Source of the DNA: Octopus vulgaris
Lineage: Eukaryota
NCBI GenBank assembly: GCA_951406725.2
Contig: OX597816.1
Span: 93,000,001-93,064,000 of the forward strand
Direction of reading: 5' to 3'
Length of the DNA: 64,000 bases
Shown: positions 27,701 through 41,036 of the stretch, one piece after another
Position numbering within the stretch: position 1 is the first letter of the stretch
Layout: each line of letters starts with the position of its first letter
Notes under the pieces: model-generated
What the model was told of the DNA's origin: nothing
Seen by the model: the letters and a program-made list of their open reading frames with translations, nothing else
The model's database searches: none
Position numbers and translations under genes: made by a program

Positions 27701-28340
27701 ATGTACGGGTCTTACCTGCGAAACTGTCGCTCAGTGTACCATATGAAACTCAACGTCCTTGTTGCTATAAGAGCGAAGAAATTGCAAAAATTGCGGTACC
27801 TCATGATCTAAGTCAGTGTTTCCCAAACTTTTCGCGCCAAATTGCAATATCGCCCACCTGTCGGCCAAAATATGCTCCATCGCCCACCTGTGTAAAAAAA
27901 AACTTCATACAACCCAACCAACACAAAATCCCTTAGCCCCCACCCCTGTATCATTTCACACACACACACTATATCGTAGACTCAGTGCCCTGCTAGAGCC
28001 GTGTGTACTAAATATGCAATTGTTTACAAATCCCTTATTATGGGTTTAGTTTTGCCATTAGTGTCAATAAAATTCTAACGCAAACTCTATATTTTCTGAC
28101 AGATTAACTTCTGGAAACTTGCGCTTTCTTTTACACTGATTTTCATTTTCCCTAAATGAATCATTGATCAGAATTACCGATGCAAAAATAATTAATGATT
28201 GAATTATACAGGAAAAGTATAAAACTTTTTAATGAGAAACATGTGTCTGGTGCAATGCAGCTAGTGCAGATACATTCGGTTTCAAACTTGTCAATTTTAG
28301 CCGCAAGTTTCCTCGTTGTGTCACATTCAGTCCAATTCTT

Positions 28341-30005
28341 TTATGGGAAAGTTCCATCATGGTTAAAACCAGATTCAACCAGGTATGTGGTAGGGAAGGC
28401 AAACAAAAGTAATTTCAGATGTTTCCACAAACTGGGGTAGGAATTCAGTATACTTTGATGGTACCACAAACCTTCTTTGCCATTACAGTGATATCGCATT
28501 GTGGTGTCATTGTCATTTTGTAGTTCTATCAATTCCTGCAGAACGCCATCCTCGCAATCGACTGCATCGACCGCAAACGAATTGTTATACCAATTTGGAA
28601 TATTCAGCGCAATAACATCTTGAAATTGCTCCACCATGTTATCGTGCAAGGATTGTAAATAGGTGCGTTATGTAGTTGAATCCTCATCAACTAATTTATC
28701 TTTCAAAGAATCAAGTTGTGGAAATTGATGAAACTGACGTTTTGAAATGTTAGTCTTGTACAGCACCAATTTCGAAATGAAGGTAGTGATAAATGATTTA
28801 CAATCAACGAGAGATTTTTTGTTTCCTTGCAACAATGTATTCAAATCATTTAAGTTTGTGAATATATCACACACACACACACACACAAAGAAAAAAGATA
28901 TCGCATCTTGCAGCCATCAATGAAGCGGATAGTGGAGTATCTTCAAAGAAAGATATGATTATACGAAACAGTTCAACAAAGCGTAAAACACAGTTTCCTT
29001 TTGAGAGCCACCGCACTTCGGTATGTTATAAGAGTTTAGTATGGTCCTCATCATTTCTCAGACATAGTTGACGGAAAATTCGATCAGACAAGGGACTGGA
29101 CTTCAATTTGTTCACAGTCTTGATAACTAACTGTAGCGCACCATTCAACCTACTGTTCATAATTTTTGCCATTAAAGGCTGCCAGTGTGCCAAGCAATGA
29201 ACAGTTAGTATCTCGTGAGAAATTTCACGCTTTAGGAGAGATGAAAAACATCTGTATCTTCCTATCATCGAAGGGGCTCCGCTCCATCAGACGCACAGGC
29301 AAGAAATATTATTGAGTGGGATATTATGTTCAAAAAGGAAAGACTTAAGAGTGTGAAAAATAGTTGCACCTCTTGAATCAAGCGGCAATGTCTTTGTGCA
29401 CAGCATTTCCTCTCAAGGTTGAAGGTCTTCGCTGAAATACCGAACATATACCATCATCAAACATTGATTGTCCGCAACAGTTGACTCATCCACTTGTTTA
29501 GAAAATTCAGAACGCTGGAGAATATTAATGAGCTGATGTTTGACATCGTTGGCCTTTTCATCGATGCTTCGAGAAATTGTGTTATCACTAAGGGGGATCT
29601 TTTTCGTGCACAACGGTTGACAAAACCTCTTCGATAACTGGGCAAAATAATGTTTCTTCAATTGTGTGAAACTTCCCAGACTTAGCAACAATCAATGCAA
29701 TGTTGTACGATGCAATCAGCCATATTTCTCCTGTTTATTAGTTTCCTGGAGTAGCATGCTGAATGTTTGTATTTGCTTTTTGAAAGCGGAGCTCAGTTGC
29801 AAAAAGTATGATATCGGCTTGTCCTTCTTGTCAGAATACTTTGCATCAAAGTGATACCTCAAGTGTGAAGGTTTCATTGCTTCGTTGGTCAATGTTTGAT
29901 GCAAAGAAGGCACTTCAGTAACTGACAGTTCTGAGGAGAGGGAATAAATTCAAACGATAAAAAATCACTACTGTACTGTCGACAAATTTTCTTGACTGGA
30001 GGCAT
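28341..30005 (-). pseudogene. hAT transposase pseudogene (ZBED5/ZBED8/SCAND3-like family)
   Basis: CRQYS..CLLC..LTNEAMKPSHL, IPLSDNTISR, QVDEST, DGA, VHCLAH, HTEVRWLSKG, LNDLNTLLQG, FPTTYLVESGF. Frameshifts and a (CA)n tract at 28868-28887. Confidence 0.92.
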
Positions 30006-30127
30006 CAGTAAAGTGAAAATGTGAAAACGAATTTCTATAGATGGCATCAGAAAAGCAGTATGACAGTCCCAAAGAGAAGAAATCAATAGAGCAGAGTCAG
30101 ATGACACGTCTTTACTGGAGTAAATAC

Positions 30128-30380
30128 GGATCTAGTTCGTTTGGCTGCCAGCATTTCAAAAGTTAAAGTTTATAGAAAATGTTAAAATTTGGCACATTAA
30201 TATACCTTTCCAAGCTAAATTGCTGGAATTATTGAACTTTTTCCAGAAAAATGTTTTTAAAAAGTTATAGAGGTTTAAAGTTTGATCATTTTCACTCAGT
30301 CAAGAAACACGATTTCAAAGCTGTCATTTTGTGCGTGACTGCACATTTTCTCCACATCCTGAAAATAGCACTTGTGTTTT
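30128..30380 (+). mobile_element. Left-end fragment of the Merlin-like MITE inside the hAT 5' region
   Basis: Collinear with 2431-2690, e.g. aggtttaaagtttgatcattttca and aaagctgtcattttgtgcgtgactgcacatttt. Confidence 0.85.
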
Positions 30381-32099
30381 AATATGAAATCACAGAATTA
30401 CGCAAGACATATAACCCTTATACCTTTTTCTTTGTACGCATGACAACCATCACAATGACTGCGACAAAAATATTCGATCGATAAACAAGTCCGCGTCTCA
30501 TGTGAGTGGTCAAATCGATAAAAGTGCATCCTTATTCTAGGCATGCTGATATCTATCAGTAAATGCAGACTTAATTTCTCAACATTCATGTCACCCACAA
30601 AATGTTCATATCGACCGCCAAAATCTCAAATCGCCTACCATTTTCAAGAAATTCGCCCATAGTCCACCTGTAAGTTGAAATCAGCCATCGGTGGGCGATA
30701 TCACCCACTTTAGGAAGCTATGGTCTAAGTTGTTCCTAACACCACATCTACCAAAATGATAATATAATTCACTTGAGATCTATGATTCTCATCGCAAGGG
30801 AAAACATTTGACCATTAGTCTTATAATGGTGTTGGGTTGCGCGTTTATCGATATCACTGCCTATGTGCTGAAGGAGATAAATCTTGTTGTAAGGGTGGCC
30901 TAAGATGACTGGTGCCTCCCCCCCCCCCCAATTTCAAGATGATACCAGAAATTTAGCTTGTGAGAACCACCTAAAAGTTAATCGTCATAGTTTTTTCTCT
31001 TTTCTTTCCAGCCTCTATGTTTTGAGACTCCCGTACAAGGCAGCAGAGAAGCGCAATTAAGTTGCTCCTACAACGGCAAAGTAGCCCTAAATACTCTTTT
31101 CCAAGTCAAAAATTTTGATAAGAATTAGGAATGCGTTACTGTTTCTAGACAGACATTCACTCTATGCTTGGTTTAGCCATCCTTTTAATAGTTCTTGTTT
31201 CCGTACTGTTGAGTTTTGAAGCAACCCTATTTACCAAGCTACCTGGAAGGTGTGCAGGTTTAGTTTCCTCTGATTTTACCATGAAATACATTATACCGGA
31301 TTACATGCTGCCAGAAGCTATCACGGCAACATATTACATTTAATCACGCAGCATCACCGCTATGCTGTTATTTACATTCCAGATTTCCAAAATTTACTCC
31401 AGATCATATATTTTCTTAACTGAGAAGATTTTGCTGCGCTTCATAGTTAGAATTTTTCTGTTAACTCTTAGGTAAAAAAAAGAAAAATGCTACAATAACT
31501 GCTAATAATATGAACTACCATTATCAATAACTTATGAGCCTCTACATTGTCTTTCGATATGTAAGAAATAGCAACCAAATCCTCCTCATATCAATTATTC
31601 TACCGTCTTAAAAAAAGAAGTGTTCATTAGATAATGATGTCCTAGAAACACTCTGCCTGATAAAATGACGAGGTGGGCAAGGCTGCAAAACTTTTGATGA
31701 TAGGTCTACTCTATCATACAATAATGATCATTCACTCTACGTGTATTAAGTTTTTCTATCACACATGTTATATGCAAGATACAAATTGGACATTCTAATT
31801 TGATTCTTTGAAAATAAAGCCCTTTCCAATTACTAATTTCTGGTTGTATTATATCTTTTACATACTTTTAATAGTAATCGAAGACGAACATAATAGTTTA
31901 GTAACCTCTTATTCTGCTTATTCGACTCTGACAGCCATTCTTCGGGAAAATTATATTTTTATTTCTTGGTTGAATACATTTGGTGTAAGTTAGTTCCATT
32001 TAAAATTTTTATTAGTAAAATTACCTGTTTGGTGAACATAATAAATATAGTATCTAATACGATTCCTGACAGACAGAAAAGTAATCATATAAATTATGT

Positions 32100-32480
32100 G
32101 TAAGATTACAACTAAATCGATTGAATGGAGTTGCAGGCAACATAGATCTGATAGAGAGGAAATATTGGTTTAGGCATTATGACAACAGAAATGTGTCTAG
32201 ACAAATGGTAGCAAAAATCCACAGTCAGTCTCTGATTGCTTACTCTAATCAGTTGGTGTGCTATATTGACATCTTTGTTTCAGAATGAATTTTATGTTGT
32301 CAAGAAAACAACCATTTTGGCTATTTCCTAAAATGAATGGGAACCAAGAAACTTTGAAAATGCCCATAAAAGAAACTTTTAAAATATGTATTATCATATG
32401 CTCTTCTAGTTTTGATGAATAAATGCATTTGTCTAATCCAAGCTGTATTAAAAGTGAACTTAAAACTATCATGTAGATTA
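32100..32480 (-). mobile_element. Possible very old mariner transposase remnant
   Basis: IHIL..FMGIFKVSWFPFILGNSQ resembles the WVP(H/R)EL linker region. Confidence 0.3.
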
Positions 32481-33250
32481 ATATAAAGGTTCGTTTGTCA
32501 AGATTAATCTCTTATGGTGTTAAATATGAACCCATTCTTAAAATACGTGTTGAGTGAACATTAGTAGAGAGGAAGAAAATATTGATCATGGAATTAAGCT
32601 ATTTCATCTGATATCTACTTTTCCCAAAATCAGCATAGTGGTTCTGCATAATCTTCCTATATGTAGTTACTGTAATTTGTTCTCAAACATAACATTCAAA
32701 TACAATATCTTTATAAATTAAAGTCAACCTGAAGATTGAAGTTTTCTAGACTGTACACTAACGTCTTCAGTTTAAGTATAACCATTGTCGATTACTTTGA
32801 TACTTTAATTTCTGGATAAACATTTTAGGTCATTCGAGAGTAAAGGAGAATGTTACAATTTGCATACGTAATAATTACGTCACACAAAAACAAAACTGTT
32901 TTGAATGGTTACATAAGCCCCATAAGTGTGTTACAATCTAATGGTATTGACTGTAAATACTCATAATATCAAAACAACAAAGACCTTCCCACATATGTCT
33001 TCTGTATGACGAATATACAGATAAGTGCATTTTACATATTTAATGTAATGATCCAAAAGTATGTTGTAAGTAACAATGATTTCATTCTGGTCAAGAAAGA
33101 ACATTAGTGTTTATGGTATGTCTTGTTCATAGAGGCAAGAGGAAATTCTTAAATGATGAAGAACGATCCTCGAAACGTTATATGCCCACTCTTTTTCCCA
33201 TCTATATACACTTGGAAATGGATGCATCGCATACAATTAAATAATAAATA

Positions 33251-33309
<59 letters not shown>

Positions 33310-33310
<1 letters not shown>

Positions 33311-33518
33311 CGGGAAAGTTTACGAAAATAAACAAAAGACGAAGGCAGGTGGAGTACAAACAAACAAATGTATTAGTATAGCGCTCAGGAATAGAAATAG
33401 ACAAATTCTTTTACGTTTCGAGCCTACTCTCTTCGACAGAAAGAAACACAGAAAAAAATAAGGAGAGAAGCAAGGAGTGAAAAAAATGCGTGTAGCAGCA
33501 AACGATTTATCATGGCGT

Positions 33519-33520
<2 letters not shown>
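33310..33520 (-). mobile_element. Solo Penelope pLTR-like fragment in (TA)n
   Basis: About 210 bp flanked by (TA)n on both sides; contains a hammerhead-like motif. Confidence 0.55.
33407..33444 (-). ncRNA. Candidate minimal type I hammerhead ribozyme (A6U core)
   Basis: Minus strand: UCUUU CUGUCGA A GAG AGUAGG CUC GAAAC GUA AAAGA, with stem I UCUUU/AAAGA and palindromic ACGU stem III. Confidence 0.45.
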
Positions 33521-33557
<37 letters not shown>

Positions 33558-33560
33558 GCA

Positions 33561-34125
33561 TATATGAGTGTATGGGTACATGACGTCACCACAGGTGCAA
33601 ATAACATGAAATACGTAAACAATGAGAAGAAAAGGAAAACGGGACAAATTAATACACAAAAAGTACCCTTCGTTAGTTGTGGGCTATCTACTCCTCATTT
33701 CGAGCATTCAACGACAATATGAGTCTTCAAAGACAGTTGCTCCCATAAATTCTAAAATAAAATTTAGGATTTATGGAGGAACAAAGTTGGGAACAAAAAT
33801 AAAATGACAGTGGCGGCATACAAGGAAACCAAACGAAAAAATGGAGTGTCGTTAAACCAGAACGAGAGGAAAATAGTGAACGCTAAGAGAAAAATCTTTT
33901 GACTCTCCATAAATCGTAAATCTTATTTTAGAATTTATGGGAGCAACTGTATTTGAAGACTTATATTGTCGTTGAATGCTCGAAACGATTAGTAAATAGA
34001 CAGCCGACAACTGATGAAGGGTCCTTTTTCTGTGTTAAGTTGTCCTGTTTTCCATTTTTTCTCGTTGTTTACGTATTTCATGCTATTTACACCGTTGATG
34101 ACGCCCAGTACCCATATATGCATAT
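33561..34125. repeat. Inverted repeat, ~215-bp arms (33561-33778 / 33905-34125), pLTR-like
   Basis: cagttgctcccataaattctaaaataa vs ttattttagaatttatgggagcaactg; catgaaatacgtaaacaa vs ttgtttacgtatttcatg; adjacent to (TA)n. Confidence 0.85.
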
Positions 34126-36163
34126 ATCTCAAACAATGAAATCAAAGAAATGATTTGTACAGTACACAACGGTCATATCTGCGACACTGGCATATCCTTG
34201 TATAATCATATCGTATATCAGATTCATTGTATATTTCAATCAGAAAGCATCTCCACATACCTGTACCATCTTTCCAAAAACGACTTGAAAATGTTGACGC
34301 ATAAACAAGAAGGTGCAGATGTCATTAATGCAAAGCCCAAAATATAAGTGATCAGCAACTAAAAGAAGCCTTTCTTATAAAAACAAAACACGAGCTAGCA
34401 ATTAACAACTAGCTAGAACCGAATGTGCTGATGAATACTTTGAAGTTTCATTCCTTATAGTCATTATTCATCACAATAATTAATCCTGTTTCTTTCTCGT
34501 GCACCTGTCATCTCATTCTGAAGCAGAAGGCTTGTGGAGCTCAAAATTCCTCTCCACACACACGTAAAAATAAGGATTCGACACGCGAACAGAATGAATG
34601 TATAATGTATACATCATACATCTCTTTTTCTCAATGTTTGAATTTTTTGTGAAGAGCTTTTTAACCCGAAATATAAGGGCTGATTAAATATTTCTAATGT
34701 AACGTTTTATTTTTATCATTACCTTCAAAACATTTTATGTTCTACCGGCATTGTTCTCCTATAACATACTGGTCTTCTACGAGATTTCACACACACGTCT
34801 ATGTGTGTGGCAGTACAGTAGTAGTGGTGGTGGTGGTGGTGGTAGAAGGAGGAGGAGGGAGAGGAGAAGAGTGGAACGACGACGACGATGATGAAGATGA
34901 GGAGGAGGAGGAGATTTTCTTAAATTTTATCGTTTTGAAATACAGCTATTCTTCAGTTAGGATTTTTTTATTTAAGAATATTTACATTTCTTGAAAATAT
35001 TTTTTGCATAGAACAATAAATCTCCACGATTCATCAGCATTTCATAACTCTACTAGTCATGCCTTCAAGGTGAAGTGATTAGTGTGGTGGTTATCATTAT
35101 AGTTATGGTGGTTATAATTCGATTCAGGGAAGTGTTATTCTGCTTACTAGACAATCATATTCTGATAGCAACCACCAATCAATACATCTTACTTCTCTTT
35201 TGATCGTCTGAATATGACATATTAGAGCTCTACAACACAAAGGAAAAGTGTACAGACCAGAGATTTGAACTTCGTTTATTGTTCGATAACTTTGCGCATT
35301 CCAATATAAACTAAATATCCAAATGGATTTTCAATCCAACAGAACATGTGTATACCCAGACTAGAGGAACTAGAGGTACATAAACGTCACGAGTTTCTTT
35401 ACTGCCATGTGGGCATTGGCATGTGGTTAATAAAATAGACTTTTAAAAGCGTAATATAACCACAAACATTTTTTATGACAATTGTGCCATGAAATTTGGT
35501 AAAAGAGATCAAAAACTGGTTCTGCATCACTTTGCATTGATCCAAAATGGGTCTCCGGCTCGGAAGTAGGTGTGTACACCTTTAAATATGAAGGACAGAA
35601 TGCTTGGGAAGAAATAATAGAACTACATGTATATTAACAATATTTGCTTGCCAACCGACATGTGATCTCTCATATTTAGCAAGGCCAATTTTGAAAGCCC
35701 AATACTATCTCAAAATGAGATTAATTGTAAACTCTACAAAACCAATTTTCAACATCTTGGAATTTCCAGGCCTTTCCTTTTATGTGCAATTCCATTTTTC
35801 TCAAATTACTGGTAATACGGCTTTGTTACAAAAGTCATTTCTTTTTTATTGAATGCAACATATATTCAATATCCAGTGTTAAAATTCAAACACTCAGAGT
35901 TTTCATTCGTGATACCACGAAATCTGTTTTTGCTTTTAACGGGGAGTCTGATTTGGAAATAATTTACCATAAAATAATTCTGGAAGCGTCAAATAAACTA
36001 GAAATAAATAACAAGACCAACTGAACGTTTATATTATTTAATAAAGCAAACTTCCATACTGTGACAAACTGCTTTTCTAGACTTCAGTATATGGGGTAAA
36101 TGATTTCCAACTGATGTTTAATATTATACGTCCTATGTGTGTGTGCACATATATATATATACA

Positions 36164-36204
<41 letters not shown>

Positions 36205-37130
36205 TTGTTTATATATATACATACATATACATTTGTTTATATATATATAGATATATCTATACATACATATATATATATACATATATACGCATACATAAGT
36301 ATATGCATGTGTATATACGTATGTATGTGCGAGTGTGTGTGTATTTGCTAGTGTTACGAGTATGGGGAGGTGATTTTTGAAGTGAATGATGAATGTAGTG
36401 ATATAAACTTAGGATAAATATAAGCATTAAAAAAATGAGATTAATAAATGGATCAATATTTCCTGTTCATTCAGAAATACAGAATATCTTCAAAAACGTT
36501 TCTCAGTGGAGTAAAAAAATTAAGGGAGAAATCAATCAAACCAAGTCTATCTCTTTGCCATATCCTCTTCCTAATGCAACGCTTACTCAAACTGTACATT
36601 ATTCAATAATCTGGCTACCGTAGTAAAAATGTTCAGTTGTCATACGTTTTCCTTCAGAAATCTAGTGACTCGAAAGAATCCATCACCTCTCGTTAGGCAG
36701 TCACAATCATACTATAAGTACATACGTACATACATACATACATACATACATACATACACACATACATACATACATACATTCATGCGTACGTACGTATGTA
36801 TGTATGTATGTATGCATGCATACAGTCGGACGATGACTTAACTGGCCGAAACTTCAAAGTCCCTATCAATAATATTCTTGTTTAAGAATTTTATATACAT
36901 ATATCGGGAACGCAGTATTGACAAGTAAAAAAAAAACGGCGAAACATTAATGTCTATCACTGCTGTAACGGGACTAGATGCAAGTTAACTCGCTTGTCTA
37001 TAACTTTCAGGTGTTTTAACACCAGGCGGATTGATGAGGATATATTCTCATACGCCTAAAATCGCTACCTGCCTACGAACTGGCAAAACATACCTGTGCA
37101 TGGGTGTTCTCATTCATGTTTGAATATATA

Positions 37131-38030
37131 TCTATAATATATTAAAATTCAGTTTGAATCTTGCTTGCTTGCCTGCAATGTTACCCAGCTAAACTGGTGC
37201 ATAATGGGGAAAATACTATGAATTAAGTTAATATGAACGGAATGAAACAAGTTTCGCGTAAATCGGAGCTGTAGTTATTGAGATATTCGGGGTTTGGAGG
37301 TATAAATACCCCCAAATGGTGCATAATGGGGAAATGTTCCGAATATAACTTCATCCTGAAAAGGAAGAAACTCTAACCTTTCGACTAGACAGTGATTTGA
37401 CAACGAAAAAATACAATTTGTTTTTTACTGTAAATATTTCTGTTTTCGTTTTTGTTAAACACAATATTTTGATCGTTTAGAAATATTTTTAAGTGAACAT
37501 GATTTCAAAAATGTAAGTTGTTTATACAGTAAGTATTTATATTTTAGCTTTCTTTAAACAATATTTATTGTTATTTTTAAAATTAGTTTCAAGTGAATAC
37601 CATTACAACAAAATTTTTGGCATATTTAAAAAATATTTCAAAGTGAAAATGACTTTAAAATACGGCAAAAGACCTGCCGTAGCCTCGGTGTGAAATAGTT
37701 TTTTTCCATAAGTTTTTTTTTTTTTTCGAGTGCATTCAACGTATCTCATCTCCAAAGATTTGTCTGATATTTCTAGCACGCCCTGCTACCACGTAACAGC
37801 TATTTGCGATAAAGGACCCAAAATATCTGTTACGTGGTAGCAATGCGTGCAATAGCAGCCAAATCTTTCCTTTTCTGGGGAAAGGAGCCGTTTACGCGTG
37901 ATTGTGAAGACACATTCGTTGAAAGCAGGCGAAATAACATGGAAAAGAAAAGATCCGTGAAACAAAACTCTGTTGCTGAGAAAATCCGAGTTTCATGATG
38001 ACCTAACGGGTCACAGGTAGCCTAGTCTAG
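37131..38030 (+). mobile_element. Non-autonomous Helitron
   Basis: A|TCTATAATATATTAAAA 5' end; subterminal hairpin TGACC-taacg-GGTCA (37999-38013); 3' CTAG|T; no TSD; internal duplicated tggtgcataatgggga. Confidence 0.7.
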
Positions 38031-38327
38031 TATATATATATAGTGTGTGTAAATTTTGAGTTAAAAACCACAGCTTTCGACTTTTTCTATCCAAAGGATT
38101 TTAACTCAATACTTACAGGCTGTTATTTATACCGTTATCGGCTTCGAGATTCACCGTTCCCCAAAAAACTATATCCATATGAAGCGATCATATACATACA
38201 TAGATACATACTTACATACGTACATATATACGCGCGCGCACGCACACACACATATATCTATATATAAATACACATGTACATATACATATATATATATGTG
38301 TATATGTATATATGTGAGTGTGCGTAT

Positions 38328-38370
<43 letters not shown>

Positions 38371-38954
38371 TATGTGTATACACATAGGCATGTATGTATG
38401 TATATACACTCAAAGTCAAAATGCATTTATATATTTCATTTTGTTTTATGTAACGTTTAAATTTTAATCGAATTTTTTCCCGTCACATTTAGATTTGCTT
38501 CGATTTGTTTTCAAAGTCTGAAAAGTGCAGTACTGACTGAATATATAATGATTTGTAATAGAAAAACTAAAATGCTCTCGATTAATAATGTTCGCATAAA
38601 TTGAATAGTATTAGTTGTTAAAGATAATTCTCTATTTAGCTTTTGCTGTTTTCCTGAAATGTTAAATTAAATTTCATACATGGCCAAGGGGATTCGAAAT
38701 GTCTGTTGGTGATTTAATAGTTTGTATTTCTTTTCCTATTTGACTAAGGCCCAAACTATTTATCCTTATTGATTCAATTCACTAAGCTATAAAAATTTAC
38801 AAAGTCAAGTACAAGTCTTCACAGTAAACACCAGGAGTATTGATTTTTCTTCTGAGCCCTAGGGATCACGCGGTTGGTTAAAAGATCTTCATGTCATATA
38901 AGTGGCCGCGGACACAAAATTCTTTCGGAAAGGGAAGCCTGTCCGTTGCAAAAT

Positions 38955-39320
38955 TCAAGGTCTGCAATTTTGAGGGTAGGAGACCAGTTGATTACATCGA
39001 CCATCACTATTTGCTTGGTACTTTATTTTATCGACCTCAAAGGCAAAGTTGACCTCGGCGAGATATGAACTTAGAATGGAGAGAGATGGAAGAAATGCCG
39101 CTACGCATTTTGCTTGATGTGCTGACGATTCTGCCAGCTTGCTGTCCTATTTGAATAATTGATCTCAAATTTTGGCACAAACTTCGGGTGTTGGATACGA
39201 CCCTGAAAGGATAAAATGCGACATCGACTTCAGCCAAATTAGAACTAAAAATGTGAGGACGGACGAAATGCTAAGCATTTTGCCCGATGTGCTAAAGATT
39301 CTGCCAGTTCACTATCCTAT
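38955..39320 (-). mobile_element. Two tandem family B SINE copies
   Basis: ggtactttattttatcgacc..aaaggcaaagttgacctcggc and ctgacgattctgccagct are reverse complements of the 11555 element; second copy at 39200-39310. Confidence 0.75.
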
Positions 39321-39700
39321 TGAATAATTAATGAGGATTTTATAAACTAACAGTTCTGAGGTTAAGTTTTTCCTCGGGTATGAAGAAAGCAGCGAGAAGC
39401 TATTCTTTTATTTAGCATCATAATCTTCAGTGATGTCGGCGCACACGTAAGAAAAACGGATAATGGGAAGAATTAAAAATGGGATCCTTAAATGAGAAAA
39501 AGCATTCACTGTGCCTTTCTTCCCCTTAAAAGCCCCTGAGATATATACTATTATAAGACGCACTTATTTTTATTGAATGTTATGTATTCTCCCTAAACCT
39601 AATCTGCAGTTACCTTTTGATGTCCAATTGGGATTAATTCACTTTTCGTACGTTTCCAATTCACTTGAGTAAAACTTCAACGATACGTCCATCTACTTAC

Positions 39701-39915
39701 TCTCCTGCAAAACTAATATCAAGTTTCGTAATTTTGCAAGAAACACTTGTTTTTATAATATACTTTAAGTCCTTTCTCATTTTGAATTTTCCAAGGAATT
39801 GTTGAAGTACTGAATAAGGCAGTGAACAAAGAATGATGGTAAGCTTTACTGAGAATAAGATTTGAATACTCAGCTTTACTGATAGCCAAGTGTATTGGAA
39901 AATCTGAAAGTCTAC
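39701..39915 (-). other. Candidate exon (215 nt)
   Basis: Acceptor ttttgattgtgtgcag| and donor |gtaagt; one open frame, no recognisable protein. Confidence 0.3.
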
Positions 39916-40947
39916 CTGCACACAATCAAAACTTGAAAATAGTATATATGATTTCAGGACATCAACAACTTAACTATATACAGCTATAAGGCATCTACGA
40001 CATCCATTGAATAATCTGTAAATTAGAATTAGGATTACTAAGTTTGATTGACGTAAAATACAGGCGAATAGCATTAATAACCAGGAGGTTTTTGCATGTT
40101 GAATTTAATTGCAAATACATCAATAATAGAAACAAGAAGTTTGGAATTTTCAGATTGCTATTTTATATCTCTAGTTTTAGCAAATACAGTTGGTAGTAAT
40201 AATATAATAAACCCATTTGGCTGTTAATCTAAATATTGATTTCTTATTATGGTTGAAGGCCAATCCTAGCTGAGAAAGATTATCGACTCATTCAATTTAT
40301 TACATTATTGATGCATATTTTATCGTCCTTTGCGAATATGAAACGTAAATCTGATTCCTGTGAGATTAGAACTCAGAATCTGAAGGGCTGATGCTAATTA
40401 CTGAAATGAATTTACTCCAATATTCTATTGTCTTGGTTCTCCGTTAGTGCATAGCTCTTCCAGTCATTCCAAGCATTTAATATTGACGTATGCACAAGCA
40501 TGGGTATTAATATATTTCAGGCTTCCTTAAGACTGCTCGTCCAAAGAAAAAGATTTATATAATTGTGTTCCATACAGAAAGAAATATAATTATCTGAAAA
40601 TAAAAGTTTTCCCATTATGAATGGTGTTGCTAGTTTACCTAATCAGGTTCTGAAATAGATACAGTGTTAGGGTTAATAGGCATTACTTCAAGTTCCAAGG
40701 GAATAATTAATAATTTATTTCTTTGCTTTTGCAGAACATCACAGCGTGTGCCAGTCTATATTTTACGAATACACATACACACACGGGCCTATACATACAC
40801 GCATATGTGTGTGTGAATGCGTGTGTGTGTATGTGTGTGAATGTGTATGTGTATGTATATGTGTGTGTTTGTGCTTTGTGTGTATGCATGAATATATTTG
40901 TGAAGAAATGTGTATATGCATATAGACACATTCACGCACATACACAC

Positions 40948-41035
<88 letters not shown>
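40948..41035. repeat. (GATA)n microsatellite
   Basis: Direct read. Confidence 0.95.

Positions 41036-41036
<1 letters not shown>

Larger units (their letters stand above)
27814..30722 (-). mobile_element. hAT transposon, Charlie/Buster group, full length but decayed
   Basis: TIRs cagtgtttcccaaact / actttaggaagctatg; TSD atctaagt (27806-13) / gtctaagt (30723-30); subterminal atcgcccac repeats at both ends. Confidence 0.92.
26650..31400 (-). mobile_element. Old R4/Dong-clade non-LTR retrotransposon remnant interrupted by a hAT element
   Basis: Minus strand: AKSYR (NYRP-like), EQVAGKRKTWGRAEQ, NLLTAWLGNKKTFENIPHSLVLESL (cf. AWIDYKKAFDSVPHSW), YEYFGI, PVLVPTFGIL. Continuation right of 30730 is weaker. 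Confidence 0.65.

Noticed and set aside
28341-30005. Domesticated ZBED5/SCAND3-like host gene
   Set aside because: Frameshifted and bounded by TIRs and TSD, so a transposon copy
35447-35569. KR-...MKF-GKR neuropeptide-like frame (plus) and GVHTYFRAGDPFW frame (minus)
   Set aside because: Short, bounded by stops, no recognisable precursor or donor site; probably chance
36823-37130. TA|CAGTCGG start resembling a Tc1-type TIR
   Set aside because: No matching right TIR found; likely TE-derived but unclassifiable
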